Shown piece by piece: positions 49,030 to 59,474 of a DNA stretch of 64,000 nt. Each line of letters starts with the position of its first letter. Within the stretch, counting starts at the first letter, position 1. Where the stretch lies: positions 17,516-81,515 of the forward strand of contig OOHL01000003.1 in assembly GCA_900321105.1 (NCBI GenBank), given 5' to 3'. Made by a program: the position numbers and the translations under genes. The DNA is from an uncultured Pseudomonadota bacterium. GTDB taxonomy: Bacteria; Pseudomonadota; Alphaproteobacteria; Rs-D84. Below the pieces are notes generated by a model that searched no databases, had not been told where the DNA came from, and worked only from the letters and a program-made list of their open reading frames with translations.

Positions 49030-49377
49030 ATGTATAACAAAGATAATGTGTTTGCAAAAATTTTGCGCGGGGAAATCCCAAACAAAACGGTTTACAGTGA
49101 CGATAATGTTTTGGCTTTTTATGATGTTGCGCCAAGGGCAAAGGTTCATGTTCTGGTAATACCACGTGGGGAATATACTGATATTTTTGATTTTACACAA
49201 AATGCCCCGGTTGAATTACAGGTGGCTTTTTGGCGTGGTGTTCGTAATACCGTTGAAAAACTAGGACTGCGCGATAATTTCAGAACTGTCGCCAATACTG
49301 GTCGCGGGGCAGGTCAATCGGTTATGCATTTCCACATACATATTATGAGCGATGAAAGATTTGTCGAAGAATTTTAA
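49030..49377 (+). CDS. HIT family hydrolase (HinT-like)
   Basis: Histidine triad HFHIHIM. Confidence 0.85.
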   Translation: MYNKDNVFAKILRGEIPNKTVYSDDNVLAFYDVAPRAKVHVLVIPRGEYTDIFDFTQNAPVELQVAFWRGVRNTVEKLGLRDNFRTVANTGRGAGQSVMHFHIHIMSDERFVEEF

Positions 49378-49582
49378 TATACGTGTCACACCACATTCTA
49401 AACAAAATAAAGTTGTTGAAAGTGATGGTGTTTTGCGCGTTTATACAACCGTTGCACCTGAAAATGGACACGCAAATTCCGCTGTTATCGAATTGTTGTC
49501 CGAATATTTAAATGTTCCAAAATCAAGAATCAAGATTTTGCGCGGACTAACAGGACGTGATAAGGTCGTCACCGTTGATTAA
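49352..49582 (+). CDS. DUF167 (YggU) family protein
   Basis: ...GHANSAVIELLSEYL...SRIKILRGLTGRDKVV. Confidence 0.6.
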   Translation: MKDLSKNFNIRVTPHSKQNKVVESDGVLRVYTTVAPENGHANSAVIELLSEYLNVPKSRIKILRGLTGRDKVVTVD

Positions 49583-50119
49583 GCGTTTAATTAAATCTTC
49601 GGGTGTGTTAACAACATGTAAATTATAGGCATCTGCGTTTGGCATAAATCCTGAATTTTGCATGTGTGTCATAACATGACCGAATATTTCCCAATATTTT
49701 GCAGTATTCATCATATAAATAGGTTTGCAGGATTCGCCAACCTGTTGTTTAGTCATAATATCAGTCATTTCGTCCAATGTTCCAATACCACCAGGTAAAA
49801 TTACAAACGCATCAGATAATTCATACATTTCTTCTTTGCGTGCGGATAATCCATCAACAACCTTAACATCAATTTCTGCGTGTGCAGGTTCTTGCAAGGA
49901 CACAACATGTGTTGTTGAAATACCAATAACATTTCCGCCGTTTTCCAATGCCGCACTGGCAACCGTACCCATCAATCCAACGTTTCCACCACCAAAAACA
50001 AGGGTTATTTTGTTGCGTGCCAATAATTCGCCGATACGGCGTGCATCGCGTGCATATTCCGGGTTGTTTCCAAATTGATGACCACAATAAACAGCTACAG
50101 ATTTTATTTTTCCGTTCAT
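49547..50119 (-). CDS. LOG family cytokinin riboside 5'-monophosphate phosphoribohydrolase-like protein (TIGR00730)
   Basis: LVFGGGNVGLMG and PGGIGTLDE motifs. Confidence 0.8.
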   Translation of the reverse strand: MNGKIKSVAVYCGHQFGNNPEYARDARRIGELLARNKITLVFGGGNVGLMGTVASAALENGGNVIGISTTHVVSLQEPAHAEIDVKVVDGLSARKEEMYELSDAFVILPGGIGTLDEMTDIMTKQQVGESCKPIYMMNTAKYWEIFGHVMTHMQNSGFMPNADAYNLHVVNTPEDLIKRLINGDDLITSC

Positions 50120-50169
50120 TTTTTCTTTTTCCTTTATTTTTTGAAATTATACCATAAAATAAGTCTGTT

Positions 50170-51138
50170 ATGAATCAAAAGTTTATGGATTTTATTGATA
50201 AATACAAAAACTCTAAAATGGCCATCGCGGTCAGCGGTGGTGTTGATTCTGTGTGTTTGCTTTATTGGATGCACGAAGTTGGCGCAGATATCGTTTGCTT
50301 GCACGTTAATCATAAATTGCGACCAGAGGCAGATACAGAAACAGAATATGTTAAAGATACGTGTAAACAATTAAACATCCCATGTCATATTTTTTATTGG
50401 ATGGACGAAAAACCAAAAAAAGGATTGGAAGCTGCTGCGCGTGAAGCACGCTATAAAATGATGACAGATTTTTGTTATGAAAATGGGATTGAATACCTTT
50501 TGACTGCACATCAAAGTGATGATCAAATTGAAACGTTTTTGATGAATCTTTCGCGGGGCAGTGGTCTTTATGGTTTGGCTGCAATGTTGCCAGAATCGGT
50601 TCGATATGGTATAAAAATCTTGCGTCCTTTGTTAAATGTATCGCGCGATGAAATTAAAAAATATTGTGATGATAACAATATCAAATATTTCACAGATTCT
50701 ATGAACAGCGATGATCATTATACGCGTGTAAAAATTCGCAAAAACAGACATCTTTTAAATGATGATCTAGGAATCAGTGACGCGCGACTTTTATTGGCAA
50801 TTCACAATCTGTCGCGAACACGTGAATGGATGGACAAATATATTGATGCACGCGTTGAAATGGTAATTCGTTCGTGGGGTGCATTGTTTGCGGAATCTTT
50901 TTTGTTTGACGAAGCCGAAGAAATTAGATTAAAGTTTTTGGGAACTTTGATTCAAAGAATAGGTGGGGATGTTTATCCAGTGCGCTTGAATTCTTTGCAA
51001 AATGCACTATCTAGACTACAAGGTGACACTAAATTTACACTGGGACATTGCACAATTCGCAGATTAAATGGCCGAATCTTGATTGTTCCCGAAGGAAAAA
51101 GAACAAGTTTTAGGAAACGACATGAAAAACGAAAATAA
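50170..51138 (+). CDS. tilS: tRNA(Ile)-lysidine synthetase
   Basis: PP-loop SGGVDS. Sits immediately upstream of ftsH. Confidence 0.85.
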   Translation: MNQKFMDFIDKYKNSKMAIAVSGGVDSVCLLYWMHEVGADIVCLHVNHKLRPEADTETEYVKDTCKQLNIPCHIFYWMDEKPKKGLEAAAREARYKMMTDFCYENGIEYLLTAHQSDDQIETFLMNLSRGSGLYGLAAMLPESVRYGIKILRPLLNVSRDEIKKYCDDNNIKYFTDSMNSDDHYTRVKIRKNRHLLNDDLGISDARLLLAIHNLSRTREWMDKYIDARVEMVIRSWGALFAESFLFDEAEEIRLKFLGTLIQRIGGDVYPVRLNSLQNALSRLQGDTKFTLGHCTIRRLNGRILIVPEGKRTSFRKRHEKRK

Positions 51139-51139
51139 T

Positions 51140-53026
51140 ATGAAAAATAATATAAATAATATGTTTAAAAAGAAAGACGGTTCAAAATTTTATTTAATCG
51201 CATTTGTTGTTTTGTTTATCGCATTGATTGCGCGCGTGATTTTCGTTGGTGTGCAAAATACACAAATCAATAATGGCACCGAAATAAAGGCACCGATTGA
51301 ATTGTCTTTTTCTGATGTGTTGCGTCGTGCAAATGATATTAAAACAATGGAAATTCACAAAGATGATGTCGCAACTGGAACGATGAAAGATGGGACGCCA
51401 TATCGTGCAACGATAACTTATAATCCTGAATTATTGGAAAAGATTTCCAAAAATGGTGCGACAGTTTCTATTAATAACAGTGATTCAATGTGGGATGGTG
51501 TTGCGAAATGGTTGCCAATTTTAGTCAGTGCTCTTTTCTTAATCTGGTTGCTGCGTTTAATGCGCGGTGGCAGTAATGGTGGCGGTATCACACGCAGTTT
51601 GATTGGTCAAAATCCAACTAAAATTACAACCGGGAAAACCAAGACCACATTTAAAGATGTTGCCGGTATAGATACCGAAAAACAAGAATTGATGGAAGTT
51701 GTAGAATTCTTGAAAAACAAAGAAAAATTTAAGGCACTTGGTGCGCGTATTCCACGTGGTATTTTGTTATCTGGTGAACCTGGAACTGGTAAAACATTAT
51801 TGGCGCGCGCCGTTGCAGGCGAAGCGAACGTTCCGTTCTTTGCTACATCTGGCAGTGATTTTTCGGGTATCATCGTTGGTTTGGGCGTTGCAAAAATCAA
51901 AGAAATTTTTGAATTGGCAAAACGTAATGCACCATGTATTTTATTTATTGATGAAATTGATGCAATTGGTCAAAGCCGCAGTAAACATTCACTTAATGAT
52001 AATGACCGTGAACAAACTTTGAATCAGTTGCTGATTGAAATGGATGGTTTTGCAAATGATACAGGTGTAATTGTAATTGCTGCGACAAATCGTCCAGATA
52101 TGCTGGACAAGGCTTTGTTGCGTCCGGGACGTTTTGACAGACAAATCAATATTGATTTACCAAACTTGGAAGGACGTCGTGATATTTTGGAATTACATGC
52201 AAAAAAATTTAAAATCGCAGACAATCTTTCTTTGATGGATGTTGCACGTGGAACAACCGGATTTTCAGGGGCAGATTTGGAAAACCTGTTGAACGAAGCC
52301 GCGTTGCATGCGGTGCGTTCTGACCACAAGGTTGTTGAAAAAAGCGATATAGAAGAGGCGCGCGATAAAATTTTGATGGGACCAAAAAAGAACCGTAAAA
52401 TCCGCCCAGAAGATATTAAATTAACCGCGTATCACGAAGCTGGTCATGCGTTTGTAAGTGTCCATTACAGTGACATCACAGACCCTATACATAAGGCGAC
52501 AATTATCCCACGTGGCATGGCATTGGGTATGGTGCAACATTTGCCAGTTGATGACAAAGTATCAATGACAATCGAAGAAGTTCGTGCGAATTTGGCGATT
52601 GATTTGGCTGGTCGTGCATCCGAAGAAGTATTCTTTGGTAAAAACAAAATTACGACCGGTGCGGCATCCGATATTGAAATGGCAACACGTTTGGCACGCA
52701 GATCTATTACAATGGCGGGTTTGTCTGAAAAAATAGGTATGGTTGCTGTTAACCAGGCCAACACATTTGGTCAGAAAATTGCGCTGGAAAATGCATCTGA
52801 AAAAACAGCCGAAGCAGTTGATGCCGAAATTCGTTCTTGGTTAGATAACGCATATAAAGATGCCAAGAATTTAGTGTCTAAAAACAAATCCACTGTTGAA
52901 AAAATAGCAAAGGCCTTGTTGGATAAAGAAACATTGTCTGGCGAAGAAATTCGTGAAATTGTTTTGGGTAAAAAAGCGGTTGCTAAAAAGAAAGCAACAG
53001 CCAAAAAATCAAATGCAAAAAAATAA
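51140..53026 (+). CDS. ftsH: ATP-dependent zinc metalloprotease FtsH
   Basis: Walker A GEPGTGKT. Zinc site HEAGHA. An in-frame ATG at 51122 overlapping tilS is an alternative start. Confidence 0.93.
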   Translation: MKNNINNMFKKKDGSKFYLIAFVVLFIALIARVIFVGVQNTQINNGTEIKAPIELSFSDVLRRANDIKTMEIHKDDVATGTMKDGTPYRATITYNPELLEKISKNGATVSINNSDSMWDGVAKWLPILVSALFLIWLLRLMRGGSNGGGITRSLIGQNPTKITTGKTKTTFKDVAGIDTEKQELMEVVEFLKNKEKFKALGARIPRGILLSGEPGTGKTLLARAVAGEANVPFFATSGSDFSGIIVGLGVAKIKEIFELAKRNAPCILFIDEIDAIGQSRSKHSLNDNDREQTLNQLLIEMDGFANDTGVIVIAATNRPDMLDKALLRPGRFDRQINIDLPNLEGRRDILELHAKKFKIADNLSLMDVARGTTGFSGADLENLLNEAALHAVRSDHKVVEKSDIEEARDKILMGPKKNRKIRPEDIKLTAYHEAGHAFVSVHYSDITDPIHKATIIPRGMALGMVQHLPVDDKVSMTIEEVRANLAIDLAGRASEEVFFGKNKITTGAASDIEMATRLARRSITMAGLSEKIGMVAVNQANTFGQKIALENASEKTAEAVDAEIRSWLDNAYKDAKNLVSKNKSTVEKIAKALLDKETLSGEEIREIVLGKKAVAKKKATAKKSNAKK

Positions 53027-53657
53027 TGAAGTAAAATTTGAAATATTGCAAATGCCACCACGAAATACAGATTCGTTGCTGGTAAGTGTCGGAATGGATG
53101 CTGTTATTTTTGACCCTTGGGGTAAAGCAAAAGATTGGGAAAAAGTGTTGCTTGATCGCGGATTAAGATTGCGTGGTATATATGCAACACATGGACATCC
53201 AGACCATATATCTGCGGCACCGGCACTTGCGCGGGCGTTTAATGTAGATTGGTTTTTAAATGCAAATGATAATTATTTAATTGGTTGGGGAAATGAATTA
53301 TTGGATATGTTCGGCATACCGCATATTCATGATAATTATAAAAAGCCAATAAATATATCTGCTGGTTCTGTTGAAATATTGCCTGGTATAAAAATGGAAA
53401 TAATGGAAAGTCCTGGACATACACCTGGCGGTCTGATGTTTTATTTTCCAAAGTATAAAATTTTAATGGTTGGCGATACTTTATTCCAAGAAAGTTATGG
53501 AAATACGACATTTCCTGGCGGCGATGAAAATCAGATATATGAATCTATTCATAATTTATATGAAATGGATTTAGATGATGAAACATATGTTGTTCATGGG
53601 CATGGTATGGATACCACAATTGGATGGCTGAAAAAACATAATCCGTATTTTAAATAG
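53013..53657 (+). CDS. MBL-fold metallo-hydrolase
   Basis: THGHPDH motif. The start is taken at MQKNNEV, overlapping the ftsH end. Confidence 0.65.
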   Translation: MQKNNEVKFEILQMPPRNTDSLLVSVGMDAVIFDPWGKAKDWEKVLLDRGLRLRGIYATHGHPDHISAAPALARAFNVDWFLNANDNYLIGWGNELLDMFGIPHIHDNYKKPINISAGSVEILPGIKMEIMESPGHTPGGLMFYFPKYKILMVGDTLFQESYGNTTFPGGDENQIYESIHNLYEMDLDDETYVVHGHGMDTTIGWLKKHNPYFK

Positions 53658-54411
53658 AAAAAACCAAAACGCGATTTATACCTGACAAATCTTTATCAGC
53701 ACGTTCAAATTTCCAATTATTTTTTGCAAAAATTTTTTTCACATGAATCATTTGTCCTGCACCAATTTCCAGATATATTTTCCCATTTTCTTTTAACAGT
53801 TTTTTCGCATTTTTTGCAATCTGTTCATAAGCCAACAATCCGTCGCTTTTTGCGTAAAGTGCGATTTTTGGATCAAATGTCGCGCCTTTATTTACACGGG
53901 AATCACCATATTTTATATATGGTGGATTTGAAACAATAATATCAAATTTTACATTTGATTTAAATTTTGCAAAATCAGAATGTTTTAATTCAATTGGCAA
54001 TTTTAATTTCTTGATATTTTTTCGTGCAACACGCAATGCGCCGCGTGATTTATCAATCGCAACGCCCGATACGTTTGGTATGTTTTTACACAGTGCACAT
54101 ATTATGCAACCGGTTCCGGTTCCCATATCCAAAATATAACGTGGAAGGTTTGTATCACAATCTTTTATCACGGATTCAACCAATGTTTCGGTATCTGGGC
54201 GCGGATCCAGTGTATATTTATTCGTATAAAATTCAATTCCATAAAACCATTTTGAATGAATTATTTTTGCAACTGGCATACCATGTTTTAATAAATGTGC
54301 GTAATACAAGGCACGTAAAAAAGAAATCTTTGGGTGTTTTTGCGTGATAATTCTGGCGATATGAGCATCGCTTGATTTCTGTAAAATTGTGAACGCTTGA
54401 TTTATATTCAT
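53650..54411 (-). CDS. prmC: Release factor glutamine methyltransferase PrmC (HemK)
   Basis: NPPY motif (VSNPPYI). SAM motif LDMGTGTGCI. Confidence 0.85.
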   Translation of the reverse strand: MNINQAFTILQKSSDAHIARIITQKHPKISFLRALYYAHLLKHGMPVAKIIHSKWFYGIEFYTNKYTLDPRPDTETLVESVIKDCDTNLPRYILDMGTGTGCIICALCKNIPNVSGVAIDKSRGALRVARKNIKKLKLPIELKHSDFAKFKSNVKFDIIVSNPPYIKYGDSRVNKGATFDPKIALYAKSDGLLAYEQIAKNAKKLLKENGKIYLEIGAGQMIHVKKIFAKNNWKFERADKDLSGINRVLVFSI

Positions 54412-55773
54412 ATTTTTATTATAATGGCGCTTATGAAAAAAGCAAAAATTATTATTAAAAAGATGACTACCGGGTTGGTAAAATCTTGTAAAAAAATCGG
54501 CAATATGAAAATTGAAACATTGTCGCGTATTATTTTATATATCGCATTATTTATGGTTGTTTTGGCGGCTGGCGTTATTTGTTTTTACAAGCCTGCACGT
54601 GATGCGGTGTTTTCAAGTGAAACACACACTGTTGTTGCGGTGAAATCTGGTGATACACTCTCGAAAATCCTGGGCGAAAATGGGTTTTCAATGCGTGATA
54701 TTGACATAATTTCAAAGAATTTAAAGAAAGATGCAGACTTTACAACATTGCGCGCTGGACGTGACAGAATTGATTTTGTTCGCAGCAATGAAAACGCACC
54801 AATTTCAAAAATAGTTATCGAAAATGGTCCATGGAACAGAATTGAAATTGATTGTGGAACACCCGATACATGGCAATGTCAGAAAATAGAAATTGAACGT
54901 GATACGCGCGTTTCTTATAAAGAGGGCGAAATCGCCAGTGGCAGCAGTTTTTACCTTTCCGCCATGGATGCCGGCATTCCCGAAGGAATTATATTAGATG
55001 TTTATGATTTGCTTGCTTTTGAAATGGATTTTGAACGTGATATTCGTGCAGGACAAAAATTCTATGTTTTGTACGAAGAAAATTTTGCATCTGATAAAAA
55101 GGTTGATAATGGACATGTTTTGGCAGTGTCGTTTGATGCGTTGCGTGGAAACGTTCAAATGTATCGCTATGTAAAACCTGATGGTAAATCTGGGTATTAT
55201 GATGAAAAGGGCAATGGTGCGATTAAGTCGTTGAAGCGCACCCCAATCAATAATGCCAAGGTCACATCCAGTTTTTCCAAAGGGCGCAAACATCCGGTAC
55301 TTGGATTTACACGTGCGCACAAGGGTGTTGATTTCCGTGCGCCAACCGGAACACCAATTCCAGCCGCCGGGGCAGGTCGTGTAATCGCAAAAAGTTTTAA
55401 CCGCGGCCATGGTAATTTTGTAAAAATACGTCACAATGGCACATTTGAAACTTTGTATGCACATTTGTCTAAATTTGCCAAAGGTGTCAATGTTGGAACC
55501 GTTGTTCGCCAGGGACAGATTATCGGTTATGCCGGGTCAACAGGTCTTTCAACCGGACCACATTTACATTACGAAGTTATCAAAAATGGCGTTCATGTAA
55601 ATCCGTTAACTGTGAAATTACCTGCGATTGATAATTTGGATGCAAATAACAAAAAATTGTTTATGGAACAAAAAGCCAAAGTTGATGCAACAATTGAATC
55701 TTTGAAATTAAATCCAAAGCAAATTATTAGATCAGATATAGATGATAAAAAGATTAATAAAAATTCAAAATAA
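54397..55773 (+). CDS. M23 family metallopeptidase (membrane anchored)
   Basis: N-terminal TM. M23 motifs HKGVDF and GSTGLSTGPHLHYEV. Confidence 0.8.
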   Translation: MIYIHIFIIMALMKKAKIIIKKMTTGLVKSCKKIGNMKIETLSRIILYIALFMVVLAAGVICFYKPARDAVFSSETHTVVAVKSGDTLSKILGENGFSMRDIDIISKNLKKDADFTTLRAGRDRIDFVRSNENAPISKIVIENGPWNRIEIDCGTPDTWQCQKIEIERDTRVSYKEGEIASGSSFYLSAMDAGIPEGIILDVYDLLAFEMDFERDIRAGQKFYVLYEENFASDKKVDNGHVLAVSFDALRGNVQMYRYVKPDGKSGYYDEKGNGAIKSLKRTPINNAKVTSSFSKGRKHPVLGFTRAHKGVDFRAPTGTPIPAAGAGRVIAKSFNRGHGNFVKIRHNGTFETLYAHLSKFAKGVNVGTVVRQGQIIGYAGSTGLSTGPHLHYEVIKNGVHVNPLTVKLPAIDNLDANNKKLFMEQKAKVDATIESLKLNPKQIIRSDIDDKKINKNSK

Positions 55774-55806
55774 AAAACACCCAAAACGGGTGTTTTTATT
55801 TTTTTG
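55772..55806. terminator. Bidirectional terminator
   Basis: aacacccaaaacgggtgtt forms a hairpin flanked by an A-run and a T-run. Confidence 0.7.
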
Positions 55807-56002
55807 CACCGATAAACAATGCGAATATCCAACCGATAAAAGACCAACCGAACATCCATGACCCCATACGTGCGCGCATGCGGTCGTATTTGGATTTATC
55901 GTTTGCCGCCGCCAGATATGCGGGCGTCAAAACAATAATTGCAAATATTGCAACAACAATCACATATTTTATAATTAACAAAATGTCATTTACCGATAAC
56001 AT
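55796..56002 (-). CDS. Small membrane protein (68 aa, 2 TM)
   Basis: Hydrophobic ORF immediately upstream of eno on the same strand. Confidence 0.35.
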   Translation of the reverse strand: MLSVNDILLIIKYVIVVAIFAIIVLTPAYLAAANDKSKYDRMRARMGSWMFGWSFIGWIFALFIGAKK

Positions 56003-57265
56003 TTAAATTCCATATTTTGCATTGTTTCCTAATTCTTCTTCGATACGGATTAATTGGTTGTATTTTGCCATGCGGTCTGTGCGTGACATGGAACCTGTTT
56101 TTATTTGGCCCGCGTTTGTTGCAACCGCTAAATCTGCAATTGTGGTATCTTCGGTTTCGCCACTGCGATGTGAAATAATTACACCGTAATTTGCATCCTT
56201 TGCCATTTTAATCGCAGTCAATGTTTCAGTCAAAGAACCAATTTGATTCACTTTGATTAAAATTGCATTTGCAGCACCGTTTTCAATACCTTTCTTTAAC
56301 CGAATCGGATTTGTGACAAATAAATCATCACCAACTAATTGACATTTTCCACCAATTTCATCTGTCATTTTTTTCCAAGATTCCCAATCTTCTTCGGCCA
56401 GACCATCTTCGATAGAAATCACAGGATATTTTGAAATCAATTCCTTGTAGAATTCAATCATTTCATCTGATGTTTTTGTTGCGCCTTCGAAATGATAAAT
56501 TCCATCTTTATAAAATTCAGAAGATGCAACATCCAAACCAATTGATATTTCGCGACCTGGTTCATAGCCCGCATCGCGTATTGCTGCAATAATTGTATCA
56601 AGTGCTTCGACACATGTATTAAAGTTTGGTGCAAATCCACCTTCGTCACCAACATTTGTTGAATGATGTGATTTTTTCAAAATGGATTTCAAATGATGAA
56701 AAACTTCAGACCCCATACGAATCGCATCGACTTCATTTTTTGCACCATTTGGAATAATCATAAATTCCTGGGCATCCAGACCATTATCTGCATGTGCACC
56801 GCCATTTATAATATTCATCATTGGTCGGGGCAGGGTATCTGGATTTTCATTTCCGAAAATATTCGCAATATGTTTATAAAGTGGAATTTTTTGCGCATTT
56901 GCCGCAGCATGTGCGATTGCCAGCGATACAGACAAGATTGCATTTGCACCCAGTTTTTCTTTGTTTGGTGTGCCGTCCAATTCTAACATTTTATTATCAA
57001 TTTCTGATTGTTTTAATGCATCCATACCAATAATTACTGGTGCAATAATTTCATTTACATTTTTGACGGCTGTTAATACTGATTTCCCCATATAAGATTT
57101 GCCGGCGTCTCTTAATTCTAATGCCTCGAAAGAACCGGTAGATGCGCCAGATGGAACAGATGCACGACCAAACGCGCCACCATTTAACCAGACATCACAT
57201 TCAACTGTTGGATTGCCACGGGAATCCATAATTTGACGCGCAAAAACCTTTTCAATTGTGAACAT
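56003..57265 (-). CDS. eno: Enolase
   Basis: [25 protein letters not shown]... Confidence 0.95.
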   Translation of the reverse strand: MFTIEKVFARQIMDSRGNPTVECDVWLNGGAFGRASVPSGASTGSFEALELRDAGKSYMGKSVLTAVKNVNEIIAPVIIGMDALKQSEIDNKMLELDGTPNKEKLGANAILSVSLAIAHAAANAQKIPLYKHIANIFGNENPDTLPRPMMNIINGGAHADNGLDAQEFMIIPNGAKNEVDAIRMGSEVFHHLKSILKKSHHSTNVGDEGGFAPNFNTCVEALDTIIAAIRDAGYEPGREISIGLDVASSEFYKDGIYHFEGATKTSDEMIEFYKELISKYPVISIEDGLAEEDWESWKKMTDEIGGKCQLVGDDLFVTNPIRLKKGIENGAANAILIKVNQIGSLTETLTAIKMAKDANYGVIISHRSGETEDTTIADLAVATNAGQIKTGSMSRTDRMAKYNQLIRIEEELGNNAKYGI

Positions 57266-57285
57266 TTTTTCTTCCTTTTTCCATA

Positions 57286-58017
57286 CTACATAGTGAAATT
57301 TTCGCCCAGATAAACTTTTTTAACCATTTCGTCTTTGACGATTTCGTCGGTTGTTCCGTGTTTCAAAATTTTTCCATCGTGCAATACATAACTGCGGTCG
57401 GTAATGCCCAATGTTTCACGAACATTATGGTCTGTAATAATAACACCCAATCCACGATGTTTCAATTGTGATACTAATTCACGAATTTCGTTCACTGCGA
57501 TTGGGTCAATTCCTGCAAATGGTTCGTCCAACAAAATAAATTTAGGATCGTTTGCCAATGCACGTGCAATTTCAACACGACGACGTTCGCCGCCCGATAA
57601 AGCTGTCGCAGGGCTTTTACGTAAAAACGCAATTGAAAATTCATCCAAAAGTGCGTTTAATTTTTCTTCGCGTTTGGCGCGATTCGGTTCAACTATTTCA
57701 AGAATTGCCATAATATTATCTTCGACAGAAAGACCACGAAACACGCTGTTTTCCTGGGGCAGATAGCCAATGTGCAAACGTGAACGTTGATAAAAAGGCA
57801 AATGTGTGATATCTTGAGAATTTAAAAATATTTGTCCGCTTGTCGCTGCTAATTGTCCAGTGATACAATAAAATGCGGTTGTTTTTCCAGCACCATTTGG
57901 ACCCAACAATCCAACCGATTCGCCTTGGTTTGCGATTAAAGATATGTCGCGCAAAACAACACGTTTCCCATAATTTTTTGACAAGTGTTCAACACGTAAT
58001 ACTGATTGTTTTATCAT
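57286..58017 (-). CDS. lptB: LPS export ABC transporter ATP-binding protein LptB
   Basis: Walker [13 protein letters not shown] signature [15 protein letters not shown]. Confidence 0.9.
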   Translation of the reverse strand: MIKQSVLRVEHLSKNYGKRVVLRDISLIANQGESVGLLGPNGAGKTTAFYCITGQLAATSGQIFLNSQDITHLPFYQRSRLHIGYLPQENSVFRGLSVEDNIMAILEIVEPNRAKREEKLNALLDEFSIAFLRKSPATALSGGERRRVEIARALANDPKFILLDEPFAGIDPIAVNEIRELVSQLKHRGLGVIITDHNVRETLGITDRSYVLHDGKILKHGTTDEIVKDEMVKKVYLGENFTM

Positions 58018-58493
58018 AATTGTATCACCATTTCATCTGTTAATATTTTATCACCGTTGCTGGAATTAACACGAACATTTTTATACAGGGTTAATTCTTT
58101 GTTCTTTACATTAAATTGGCCGCGTTTTGCAGAAACACGATCTGTCACTTTTTTGTTATTTTGCATTCTGGTAATCACTCCAGATGGTTTTTCCAGAAAA
58201 ATTATATCAGGTTTATCGTATTTTTTGCGACCAGATTCTGCATTTATTTTAAAAGGGTTGCCATCTTTATCTGTGCCTACAAAAGACGCATTCGTCATTT
58301 TAAATTGATTCGTTACAACATCGCGCATATTTATAGCCGTTATCGGTGTCCACAAAATTTGCTTTGTTAATAATGATGCAGCAACCAAAACGGCAACCAT
58401 AACCAAACCCCATCCGGTAAAGAAAAACTGCCAAAGACGGGTAAGGCGTTTGTGTTTCGATATGATTATAAAATTGCGTTGATTATTTTGCAT
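58014..58493 (-). CDS. lptC: LPS export protein LptC (membrane-anchored)
   Basis: N-terminal signal-anchor (KHKRLTRLWQFFFTGWGLVMVAVLVAASLL) plus a beta-jellyroll-sized periplasmic domain. It overlaps lptB by 4 bp. There is no lptA between them. Confidence 0.6.
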   Translation of the reverse strand: MQNNQRNFIIISKHKRLTRLWQFFFTGWGLVMVAVLVAASLLTKQILWTPITAINMRDVVTNQFKMTNASFVGTDKDGNPFKINAESGRKKYDKPDIIFLEKPSGVITRMQNNKKVTDRVSAKRGQFNVKNKELTLYKNVRVNSSNGDKILTDEMVIQL

Positions 58494-58582
58494 GTCACCA
58501 GTGTAGCGATTTATAAATAAAAATGCAATTTTTATATTTATATAATCTTTTTTTTGTGATATAATATAAGCCAAAGAGAGAG

Positions 58583-59368
58583 ATGAAAAAGCTGTTATCT
58601 ATCTTTGTTATCACAATGTGTGCCTTGACTTCTGTGTCTCAGGCGGCTGTTAACATTAAAAAAGCAGCACCAGTTGCAACCAAGAAAACAGAAGCTATGG
58701 AATCTGCAACCAGTCTTTTACCAACGGTTATTGGTTTGGTAAGTAGCGTAAAATCATTAAACGCGCAACAACAACAATTAAGCGCGGATTGTGCGCCAAC
58801 CTATGATGAGCTAAATACGGTTAATGATTTGGTTAAAGAATGGGCAAAATTGGGCGAAACAACCGCTGCATCTGCGGCAAGTGGTTTGGGTAATCAATGT
58901 ACAAGTTATCAGGCATTTATGGATTTGGCAGATGATGATGAAAGTTGTTACGAAGCCTTTACATCAGAATCGTCTGACAAGGATACTATTTGGGAAAATT
59001 TTCCAAAAGCCACTTCTGCAAAAATCTGTGAAGATGGCAGCAGTAAAAATTGTAAAAATGTATCCAATATATATGACATCTTTGGAAAGCTTCCGTTCAC
59101 GGATGCTGATTATACAAAATCCGAAATAAAAAAAGTTGCTGCGTTAAAAGAAAAAGCAACACGTTGTGCGCCGGCAAAGATTGCTGCGGCAAAGCGTGAA
59201 TTATATGGTGGTTTTTTAACCCAAACACTTAGCAGTGTAGGTCAATCAACAGGTGCTGCTGGAACTGCATCAGTCTTGGAAGCAGTGTCGTCAATGGGTG
59301 GCAGTGGGGATATAAAATCTATGTTGCCGTCACTTGGTTCAATGGCAACTCAGATGTTCGATAAATAA
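58583..59368 (+). CDS. Secreted hypothetical protein (261 aa, 8 Cys)
   Basis: Signal peptide MKKLLSIFVITMCALTSVSQA. Terminator downstream. Confidence 0.5.
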   Translation: MKKLLSIFVITMCALTSVSQAAVNIKKAAPVATKKTEAMESATSLLPTVIGLVSSVKSLNAQQQQLSADCAPTYDELNTVNDLVKEWAKLGETTAASAASGLGNQCTSYQAFMDLADDDESCYEAFTSESSDKDTIWENFPKATSAKICEDGSSKNCKNVSNIYDIFGKLPFTDADYTKSEIKKVAALKEKATRCAPAKIAAAKRELYGGFLTQTLSSVGQSTGAAGTASVLEAVSSMGGSGDIKSMLPSLGSMATQMFDK

Positions 59369-59383
59369 AAGATAAAAAATTAA

Positions 59384-59410
59384 AAAAGCACACGAAAGTG
59401 TGCTTTTTCT
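59384..59410 (+). terminator. Rho-independent terminator
   Basis: aaagcacacgaaagtgtgcttt forms a hairpin with a T-run. Confidence 0.7.
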
Positions 59411-59474
59411 CTTTACTCAATTTTGAAAAAAAGGTATAATTAATCTGATATTAATCAAGGGAAAGGAATTACAA

